Virus record (IMG/VR): IMGVR_UViG_3300032181_000411
Direction: 5' to 3' (one strand)
DNA length: 64,000 nt
Source: an uncultured virus (IMG/VR IMGVR_UViG_3300032181_000411)
Taxonomy: Duplodnaviria; Heunggongvirae; Uroviricota; Caudoviricetes
Positions 7,990 through 13,862 of the stretch are shown piece after piece. The first letter of the stretch is position 1, and every line of letters starts with the position of its first letter. A program made the translations under genes and the position numbers. The notes below the pieces were generated by a model. That model worked only from the letters and a program-made list of their open reading frames with translations, searched no databases and was not told where the DNA came from.

Positions 7990-8581
7990 TGTGTCCTGCC
8001 TCGTTGTTAATACTGATATCTCCCCTCTCGTCCTACAAGAAATAAGAACTGATCTACAACAATTTAAACAAGAACAGTCATACATCACAAGAGATAATAA
8101 AAAACTTCTAGACACAACTAAACGTAATTGTATTACAGCATCTGTACCAGCAACTAAATGGTATGTTGGTATGTTGTGGCATCACCTCTCTAGAGCAAAT
8201 GATCATGGTTTTCATTATGACATCAAATGCTTTGATGGTGACGCTATATCCTACATCTCTTATACACATAATCAATTCTATAAATGGCATGTAGATACAC
8301 ATGTAATCACACACTTCTCTCCCTCACCTAGAGCAGAATCAAAATCATCTTTCGATGACTACTTACAACGTAAACTATCATTCTCATTCATCCTAAACGA
8401 TGATTACGAAGGAGGACTATTCCAAGTCATGAATCAAACAGATGATTCAATGAAGACAGTACAACCTAAAGCAGGTCAAATGATTATCTTTGACTCTAGA
8501 TACAAACATAGAGTAACACCAGTAAAGAATGGTAAGCGTGATGTACTAGTAGGTTGGGCAGTTGGTCCTAATTGGAGATAG
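7982..8581 (+). CDS. 2OG-Fe(II) oxygenase (PKHD-type)
   Basis: YKWHVD, RKLSFSFIL.DDYEGG, IFDS...HRVTPV..G.R..LVGW. Confidence 0.85.
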   Translation: MNSVSCLVVNTDISPLVLQEIRTDLQQFKQEQSYITRDNKKLLDTTKRNCITASVPATKWYVGMLWHHLSRANDHGFHYDIKCFDGDAISYISYTHNQFYKWHVDTHVITHFSPSPRAESKSSFDDYLQRKLSFSFILNDDYEGGLFQVMNQTDDSMKTVQPKAGQMIIFDSRYKHRVTPVKNGKRDVLVGWAVGPNWR

Positions 8582-8672
8582 TTTCCACAATGCCACTCTC
8601 CTGTATTCATCAGCATTCTCTAACGTAATTATACTCCCCTGTGGAAAACATTGTGGAAAAACCTGTGGAAAA
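8581..8672. repeat. cluster of TGTGGAAAA repeats (DnaA-box-like, reverse complement TTTTCCACA)
   Basis: Exact copies at 8640-8648, 8652-8660 and 8664-8672 (12-bp period); inverted one-mismatch copy GTTTCCACA at 8581-8589. Confidence 0.75.
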
Positions 8673-8774
8673 AGAAATGTATTAAAAAATATACCCTAAA
8701 CGTTGTATAGAACGATTAAAGGTGCTCAGGTGTTGTTGGCTTAGCACGCCACCCAACGACAGTCAAGTCATCGT

Positions 8775-8832
8775 AGACACCCCTCAAAGTGGCACACAGA
8801 CCCCTCTCAGGGCATCCTTGGCACTGTATAAT
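8775..8832 (+). promoter_or_regulatory. early promoter motif copy 4 (AGACA-N10-TGGCA ... TATAAT)
   Basis: TGGCAC 8790-8795; TATAAT 8827-8832. Confidence 0.7.
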
Positions 8833-8839
8833 TACTATG

Positions 8840-8933
8840 TTCTGAAAAATCGAAAAAACTCGAAAAACTCAAAAAACCAGAAACTTAAAATTCTTAAAAA
8901 GTGAGATTTTTCGTTTTTTTCGATTTTTCAGAA
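8840..8933 (+). repeat. long A/T-tract inverted repeat (about 32-bp imperfect stem); possible ncRNA or structured leader
   Basis: TTCTGAAAAATCGAAAAAA at 8840-8858 is the exact reverse complement of 8915-8933; pairing continues imperfectly inward. Confidence 0.7.
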
Positions 8934-8962
8934 AATTAAAAGTTAAAATTTAACAATTAACC

Positions 8963-9193
8963 ATGAAATTGGTAGATCTCGACTCTTCAGCTATTGAAAG
9001 TTTAACTATTGACGATGATTTGATTGCTATTCAATACAAATCATCAGATAAATCATATTATTTCAAATTTGTTGATGAAAAGATTGTAGATTACATTATT
9101 ATTACTATTAGAAAACAAGAAAGCTTGGGTAAACTAATAGCAAATCTTGTAAAATCTGGTCAATTAGAATCAATCAACACTGATAATAAATAA
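8963..9193 (+). CDS. KTSC-domain-like small protein
   Basis: SSAIESL...L.IQYKS...Y.F...SLGK pattern; very AT-rich. Confidence 0.5.
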   Translation: MKLVDLDSSAIESLTIDDDLIAIQYKSSDKSYYFKFVDEKIVDYIIITIRKQESLGKLIANLVKSGQLESINTDNK

Positions 9194-9230
9194 TATCAAG
9201 ATTTGATTAATTAGAATCAACTACTAAACA

Positions 9231-9392
9231 ATGGCAAAGACTAATAGAAACTCCACTCAATCTTACAAAGCACAGTTTGAAGATGAGTACGAAGATTTCG
9301 GGTATGAGGTAAAGAATGCCCGAAGATATCAGTCAAACAAGAAACGTACACCAAAATTTAAAGACTACAATGACTACGAGGACACTAATTGA
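9231..9392 (+). CDS. hypothetical protein, 53 aa
   Basis: Translated by hand: MAKTNRNSTQSYK...; TAAATA late-type box at 9187-9192. Confidence 0.55.
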   Translation: MAKTNRNSTQSYKAQFEDEYEDFGYEVKNARRYQSNKKRTPKFKDYNDYEDTN

Positions 9393-9435
9393 AGTGTCCA
9401 CTATTTGCTGACAGACGCTGAATTTCATGTATTGT
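9380..9435 (+). promoter_or_regulatory. early promoter motif copy 5 (GGACA-N10-TGTCC ... TATTGT)
   Basis: Perfect palindromic arms; -10-like box at 9430-9435. Confidence 0.65.
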
Positions 9436-9462
9436 TAATGAGTCGTCAGGAATTGCTTCACT

Positions 9463-9597
9463 ATGTGGGATGAAATCATGGACATGCCAGGTGAGATCTT
9501 TGACATCGAAGATTTCAAGGTTGATGTAAAGATGCCTTGTGAGATTGCCCTGGAATCTGATAAAGAAATCATGGCGATCCACAACCAGTTGGACTAG
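9463..9597 (+). CDS. hypothetical early protein, 44 aa (MWDEIMDMPGEIFD)
   Basis: Translated by hand; lies between two promoter motifs. Confidence 0.6.
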   Translation: MWDEIMDMPGEIFDIEDFKVDVKMPCEIALESDKEIMAIHNQLD

Positions 9598-9639
9598 TGG
9601 CACAAGGGGGGTTGTATTGCCCCCCATCTCCTGTATTGT
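9583..9639 (+). promoter_or_regulatory. early promoter motif copy 6 (AACCA-N10-TGGCA, G6/C6 hairpin, TATTGT)
   Basis: TGGCAC 9598-9603; -10-like box at 9634-9639. Confidence 0.7.
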
Positions 9640-9666
9640 ATAGAAGTCAACCAAACGACACCAAAC

Positions 9667-9990
9667 ATGCGTAAGATCGAAGAGCAAATGTGCAACGCTG
9701 TTCATCACAACATTGATTGGAAGAATTCCAACACCAGTGTCACCTACTGTGAGGAAAGTGGAGAGTCCAAAGTGTTTCTCCATGGCAACCACATTGCTAC
9801 TGTTGGTGATGACTTCCTTCAAATCTTTGATGGAGGTTGGCAATCCGTCACCACCAAATCTCGTCTGAATTCTCTCATTAATCGCTTCTGTAATGGGATG
9901 ACCGATGGTGTACACCAGCACAAATTTGAGTGGTTCATTCGTGACAACAACGTCACACGTGAATTCGAGAATGGTTACATCTTCGCCTAA
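9667..9990 (+). CDS. conserved-type cyanophage early protein (MRKIEEQM)
   Basis: 107 aa ORF between a promoter motif and a terminator. Confidence 0.75.
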   Translation: MRKIEEQMCNAVHHNIDWKNSNTSVTYCEESGESKVFLHGNHIATVGDDFLQIFDGGWQSVTTKSRLNSLINRFCNGMTDGVHQHKFEWFIRDNNVTREFENGYIFA

Positions 9991-10038
9991 TGGCAAACTA
10001 TTACATGCCCGTGTTAACATCGGGCATTGAGTATCTTC

Positions 10039-10064
10039 ACCACCGTCGTCGGTGGTATTTTTTT
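10039..10064 (+). terminator. intrinsic terminator
   Basis: ACCACCG-TCGT-CGGTGGT stem-loop followed by A and T7; a second hairpin ATGCCCG/CGGGCAT at 10005-10027. Confidence 0.75.
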
Positions 10065-10089
10065 GTCTACAAATGTGTGAGGTTCGTTC

Positions 10090-10224
10090 ATGACCATCGC
10101 TGAAATGTACACCGAGATGAGGGATCAACAGTTGGAAGATTTGCTCGCTGGATATGTAGAAATTACAGATTATGATGATGAGTCCGTTGTTAGTGTGGAG
10201 ATTGAATTTACCACGTCTAATTAA
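10090..10224 (+). CDS. hypothetical acidic protein, 44 aa
   Basis: Translated by hand: MTIAEMYTEMRDQQLEDL... Confidence 0.5.
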   Translation: MTIAEMYTEMRDQQLEDLLAGYVEITDYDDESVVSVEIEFTTSN

Positions 10225-10245
10225 CACAAACTGGTCAGCCGCGCC

Positions 10246-10304
10246 AACCACCTGCCTAAGTGGCACAGCAGCACCCCCGAAGCGTCCGGCCCTGTGCCTA
10301 TAAT
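10246..10304 (+). promoter_or_regulatory. early promoter motif copy 7 (AACCA-N10-TGGCA ... TATAAT)
   Basis: TGGCAC 10261-10266; TATAAT 10299-10304. Confidence 0.75.
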
Positions 10305-10310
10305 GTCTAC

Positions 10311-10484
10311 ATGACAAACACACAGATGACCAACACGCTTCAAGAACTCCAAGACTACATGTTTGACACTATGTGTTCTAATGACATGGCAGTTGACTGG
10401 TACTGTGATCGCTTCAATGTTTCTGCCACTGATGAGGTGATCGACTTCGTTCTTGACGCTCACGATGCTTTCTTCGGTAACTGA
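10311..10484 (+). CDS. hypothetical early protein
   Basis: Tracked ORF 10260..10484; ATG 10311 lies at the predicted transcription start. Confidence 0.65.
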   Translation: MTNTQMTNTLQELQDYMFDTMCSNDMAVDWYCDRFNVSATDEVIDFVLDAHDAFFGN

Positions 10485-10488
10485 TTCC

Positions 10489-10737
10489 ATGAACAAAATG
10501 TCAACCAAAGGCAACTTTTCTTTCTATAAGGTTGAGATCGACCTCCATGAAACTCCTGGTCGTCCTATCATCTTTTTTAGGAAAGAACGTAAGTGCAAGA
10601 CATCCAAGGGGATGGATCGTCAGCACAATAGAGTTGTGAATGAGACGGTTGATCAGTGGCGACGATACTCTCAGCAGATCCGCCGTTACACCGTCTCCCG
10701 TGTGCCAGCAGACGAAGTGGACTACGTGGTCAACTGA
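10489..10737 (+). CDS. hypothetical early protein (basic)
   Basis: Tracked ORF 10453..10737; ATG at 10489. Confidence 0.65.
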   Translation: MNKMSTKGNFSFYKVEIDLHETPGRPIIFFRKERKCKTSKGMDRQHNRVVNETVDQWRRYSQQIRRYTVSRVPADEVDYVVN

Positions 10738-10761
10738 TCGCCCCCATCCTATGCTTATAAT
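10703..10761 (+). promoter_or_regulatory. early promoter motif copy 8 (TGCCA-N10-TGGAC ... TATAAT)
   Basis: Overlaps the 3' end of the upstream ORF; TATAAT 10756-10761. Confidence 0.7.
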
Positions 10762-10767
10762 AGGCAC

Positions 10768-10974
10768 ATGACAAACAAACCCATGAAACCAGTCCACAAC
10801 GGTTGCTTCTACGTTAACGAGACCGCTGAGAAGGACGACATCTGCCAGCAGGTCATGGCATCCTATATCGCCCAACTCAAAGCAGAGGCGATCCGTCGTG
10901 AGCGTATCCGTCAGGGTCTAGAGGCAGCACCCGACAACCAGTGGGGGAACTGGAACATCAGCGACCGCCACTGA
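10768..10974 (+). CDS. hypothetical early protein
   Basis: 68 aa ORF directly after the promoter. Confidence 0.65.
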   Translation: MTNKPMKPVHNGCFYVNETAEKDDICQQVMASYIAQLKAEAIRRERIRQGLEAAPDNQWGNWNISDRH

Positions 10975-10993
10975 CTCGCTGACCGTCTAGGAT
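10936..10993 (+). promoter_or_regulatory. early promoter motif copy 9 (AACCA-N10-TGGAA ... TAGGAT)
   Basis: 37-nt arm-to--10 spacing as in the other copies; AC-rich leader follows. Confidence 0.55.
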
Positions 10994-11015
10994 ACACACA
11001 ACAAACAAACACAGC

Positions 11016-11273
11016 ATGACTGACACCACATTCAACGGTTGGGCAAACTACGAGACCTGGAATGCCTCCCTGTGGATCAACAACGATGAACCCATGTACC
11101 GTGTCGCCCTTGCCTACGTTGAGCAGGCACGACGCTTCGGGCAACGGATCTCCTACGATGCCTTGATCCCTGCCCTGGAATACCGCTTCGGGCAGATGAC
11201 CCCTGACGGCACCCGCTGGATGGATGGACGGATCGACACAGCAGAGATGGATGAGATGCTGGACGAAATGTGA
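11016..11273 (+). CDS. hypothetical early protein (NGWANYETWNASLWINNDE family)
   Basis: 85 aa; N-terminal motif I recognise from phage early proteins. Confidence 0.75.
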   Translation: MTDTTFNGWANYETWNASLWINNDEPMYRVALAYVEQARRFGQRISYDALIPALEYRFGQMTPDGTRWMDGRIDTAEMDEMLDEM

Positions 11274-11318
11274 ACCGTCCACAGGGGGACGGGCATCGCC
11301 CCCCTCTGTGCCTATAAT
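11261..11318 (+). promoter_or_regulatory. early promoter motif copy 10 (GGACG-N10-CGTCC, hairpin, TATAAT)
   Basis: Perfect palindromic arms; TATAAT 11313-11318. Confidence 0.75.
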
Positions 11319-11341
11319 ACACACAACACAGACAACCACCG

Positions 11342-11548
11342 ATGCCCACCGCTTCCTTCGCTGTTCAACCCGCTTCCTTCTCCCGCTTCGATGAGTGGGG
11401 TTGTGAGTGGGCAACCGACATCAACCATGCCTACCGTCTCGCTGCTACCTTCGGAGAAGATGCCATCATCTGGCGATGCCCCCACCAGGGTGACCCCATG
11501 GCATGGGTCACCGTCCGCCACCAGGGCGACAGCATCCAAGCGTGCTAA
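11342..11548 (+). CDS. hypothetical early protein
   Basis: 68 aa ORF after the promoter and an AC-rich leader. Confidence 0.65.
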   Translation: MPTASFAVQPASFSRFDEWGCEWATDINHAYRLAATFGEDAIIWRCPHQGDPMAWVTVRHQGDSIQAC

Positions 11549-11617
11549 GATTGCCAAGGCAGGCGCTCGCCTCCTGAATCGATTCCTCCCACACCATAAG
11601 ATCGTCGTCTTCACCAA

Positions 11618-11818
11618 ATGAACTTCGCCACAGCATCCAAAGCAGAACTCATGGCAGCAGGATTCACCATGAAAACTATTCGCCCACGCCGCCCACGTAA
11701 GGGAGAACTTATCTGCCAACGTGTAGGATTTAAGACTAAGCGAGGATCACAACAATGGCGTGATCGTTCACACATTGATTCACCAAGTGCATACGCTGTT
11801 GTGATGGGTAACGGGTGA
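11618..11818 (+). CDS. hypothetical basic protein
   Basis: 66 aa tracked ORF ending before a terminator-like hairpin. Confidence 0.6.
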   Translation: MNFATASKAELMAAGFTMKTIRPRRPRKGELICQRVGFKTKRGSQQWRDRSHIDSPSAYAVVMGNG

Positions 11819-11834
11819 ACAGTTAGTAACACAC

Positions 11835-11860
11835 AGGGGCAGTTATTTGCCCCTTATTTG
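11835..11860 (+). terminator. putative intrinsic terminator closing the early cluster
   Basis: AGGGGCA-GTTATT-TGCCCCT hairpin followed by TATTTG. Confidence 0.55.
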
Positions 11861-11889
11861 TTATACCCCCGACCGCCGAGCGATGTCAA
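11860..11889 (-). promoter_or_regulatory. putative antisense sigma70 promoter TTGACA-N18-TATAAC
   Basis: Reverse complement of 11860-11889. Confidence 0.45.
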
Positions 11890-12013
11890 AAAAGTACCTT
11901 CTTTCTAAGCTATAAACGTTTCCCAGAGGGCGATAAATATTAAGAGAGAATTCCCAAAGTGGATAACTCGAAAAATAAAAAAATCGCCCAGCAAATTTGC
12001 CCCAAAAAAGTCG

Positions 12014-12235
12014 ATGCAACACAAAGTAACTTACAGAACGCCTGACGGCGTATTGCAAGAGACCATGTTTGATCAATTCGATGAGTTTTGTGATAGCATG
12101 GATGATATTGCCAATCAATATTATCAAGGTTTGAAAGAACCTGCCCCCGTAAACGTTGAGACCGTATTAGACAATGGAGAACTCCGAGGAGAAAAAGTAT
12201 CTTACGACGGAAGAACTGAATTCCTATCTGAGTAA
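12014..12235 (+). CDS. hypothetical protein
   Basis: 73 aa; TAAATA late-type box at 11934-11939 upstream. Confidence 0.6.
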   Translation: MQHKVTYRTPDGVLQETMFDQFDEFCDSMDDIANQYYQGLKEPAPVNVETVLDNGELRGEKVSYDGRTEFLSE

Positions 12236-12362
12236 GATGAAGATGATGTATAAGCCTCCTGGTGGGGAGTATACACAATTAACAGATTACCTCAATGAGG
12301 TAGAGTACAGACTACAGAGGATTGAAAATGCCCTTTCTAGCATCGACGGAGACGCTGGATGA
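12174..12362 (+). CDS. hypothetical protein (start uncertain)
   Basis: 62 aa tracked ORF. Confidence 0.5.
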   Translation: MENSEEKKYLTTEELNSYLSKMKMMYKPPGGEYTQLTDYLNEVEYRLQRIENALSSIDGDAG

Positions 12363-12696
12363 ACCCAGTGTAGACGGAAATTGTATATATTTTCCACAGG
12401 CATTAGGGGTGGGGTTTAAAGCTTCACCTGATGTGTTCTTTGAGGGACAACCTGTGAAGTATTATTATAATGGATCACAACCAACACCAGTAAATGGGTT
12501 AAAGTTGAATCCATTAATTCCTTTACCTTGTTTACCAGGGAACAGATCAGTTGTAACCACAACAAACACCACCGTGTTTATCAATGGCGAGTTATTTGCT
12601 GTACAGGGTGATGTGTGTGTTATGTCTGGTATGACTAGGAAGCTATTAGCACCATTTGCTGCTCCAACTATACAAATAGGGAACAGCGTGTTATAA
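12328..12696 (+). CDS. PAAR-like baseplate spike-tip protein (gp5.4-like)
   Basis: TVFINGELFAVQGD resembles the PAAR TV.ING.P.A..GD signature; upstream of gp25. Confidence 0.5.
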   Translation: MPFLASTETLDEPSVDGNCIYFPQALGVGFKASPDVFFEGQPVKYYYNGSQPTPVNGLKLNPLIPLPCLPGNRSVVTTTNTTVFINGELFAVQGDVCVMSGMTRKLLAPFAAPTIQIGNSVL

Positions 12697-12719
12697 TGTA
12701 AGAGACAACTGAGGTTATT

Positions 12720-12866
12720 ATGGCAAAAGCAAAAATCGGTCTGTATGGTCAGCAGATGATCGAGTCTACTCCCAAGAATACCCGTCAGGGTAATGGGAAG
12801 AATACGAAGTATGCTGCCACTAGCAGGAACAAAGCGAGGAAACCCTATCGTGGACAAGGTAAGTGA
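12720..12866 (+). CDS. small basic protein, 48 aa (KNTRQGNG...RNK..KPYRGQGK)
   Basis: Translated by hand; motif typical of ORFs upstream of g25 in T4-like marine phages. Confidence 0.65.
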   Translation: MAKAKIGLYGQQMIESTPKNTRQGNGKNTKYAATSRNKARKPYRGQGK

Positions 12867-13368
12867 AGTAAGAGAATGGATTAAGCATGTTTCTGAGAAG
12901 CGTGGGGAATTGGGTGGGTTTGCCATCTGTCCCTACGCTTTTTCTGCGTCGGTACATATAGAGGAGGTCGCTCTGAGCGGTGTGACTCTGATAGAGGGCG
13001 TCGATGTTGTTATTTTTATAGTTGGTGACTGTACAGTTGCTTCTATGATGGCAAGGGTATCTGAACTCAATATGTTATACCCTGATTACATATGGTTAGA
13101 TGATCATAAGGACGAACCCACGTATATTCAAGGGGTTCAAAGTAACTTTGGTAAAGATAATCTCATCCTATGCCAGAAGAGAGATAAATTACTAGAGGCG
13201 AGGGAAAACTTACACAAGACGGATTATTATAATCACTGGCACCAAGAAATGTACAAGAGGATCATCCATGGCAAATTCACCAGTAGACAAGAGCAAGTCG
13301 TTCGTAGAATCTGGAATGACACTCATAACGGATCCAGCGGCGGACAGATGGTTGAAAATGGCAAGTGA
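12850..13368 (+). CDS. hypothetical protein (GGFAICPYA motif); start uncertain
   Basis: Tracked ORF 12793..13368; GTG 12850 is a plausible start. Confidence 0.6.
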   Translation: MDKVSEVREWIKHVSEKRGELGGFAICPYAFSASVHIEEVALSGVTLIEGVDVVIFIVGDCTVASMMARVSELNMLYPDYIWLDDHKDEPTYIQGVQSNFGKDNLILCQKRDKLLEARENLHKTDYYNHWHQEMYKRIIHGKFTSRQEQVVRRIWNDTHNGSSGGQMVENGK

Positions 13369-13441
13369 TCGTAAGGCAAGGAAGAATTTAACGAACTTTC
13401 TTAGTCAAGCAGAATGGGACGATGGGTTTGTAGGGAAGTGA
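13268..13441 (+). CDS. hypothetical protein, 57 aa (MANSPVDKSKSFVESGMTLITD)
   Basis: Translated by hand; ends just before the g25 late promoter. Confidence 0.55.
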   Translation: MANSPVDKSKSFVESGMTLITDPAADRWLKMASDRKARKNLTNFLSQAEWDDGFVGK

Positions 13442-13442
13442 G

Positions 13443-13449
13443 ATAAATA
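13443..13449 (+). promoter_or_regulatory. T4-like late promoter (ATAAATA)
   Basis: Intergenic before g25; similar TAAATA boxes at 27094, 29123, 37396, 42060, 51196, 52448, 53240, 56435 and 62826 precede late genes. Confidence 0.65.
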
Positions 13450-13467
13450 ATCAATAAAACTACCTTC

Positions 13468-13860
13468 ATGCCCGACTTTAAAACTTTTAAAGATTTCAAT
13501 ATTGGGTTTAAACCACATCCTGTTACCGAGGATTTGATGGTAGTAAAAGACTCTGCGGACCTTAAGCAGTCCATTAAGAGTTTATTGATGACTAGAAAAG
13601 GTGAAAGACTGTTTAATAGCGAAATTGGAACAAATCTAACGGACTTGTTATTCGAACCGTTAGATTTTGGTACAGCATCTATCATTAGGGATGAAATCAT
13701 TACTGTACTTTCTAATTATGAACCACGTATTGATATTCTTCGACTCGAAGTAAATGTCAGTTACGAAAGTAATGGATATGAAGTGGATCTAGTCTATGAG
13801 ATTGTGGGTCGTGATGATGTCCCAGTTAACGTAGAATTTTTCCTAGAGAGTGCTAGATAA
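13468..13860 (+). CDS. g25: baseplate wedge subunit gp25
   Basis: SIKSLLMTRKGERLFN..IG..L..LLFEP, NYEPRI. Confidence 0.92.
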   Translation: MPDFKTFKDFNIGFKPHPVTEDLMVVKDSADLKQSIKSLLMTRKGERLFNSEIGTNLTDLLFEPLDFGTASIIRDEIITVLSNYEPRIDILRLEVNVSYESNGYEVDLVYEIVGRDDVPVNVEFFLESAR

Positions 13861-13862
13861 CC

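Noticed and set aside
8640..8672. Possible CRISPR array
   Set aside because: The 9-bp repeats have 3-bp gaps and no spacers; no cas genes or CRISPR-like arrays were seen in the window
8722..8904. 60-aa ORF ending in Lys/Asn repeats
   Set aside because: It is a translation of the promoter and the A-tract hairpin arm, not a credible gene
9385..10323. 312-aa minus-strand ORF
   Set aside because: It is antisense to several + strand genes with their own promoters and a terminator, and has no recognisable motif; treated as a shadow ORF
12390..12398. Isolated TTTTCCACA copies (also at 1004 and 19997)
   Set aside because: Single copies inside coding sequence are plausible by chance in AT-rich DNA; only the tandem cluster is reported
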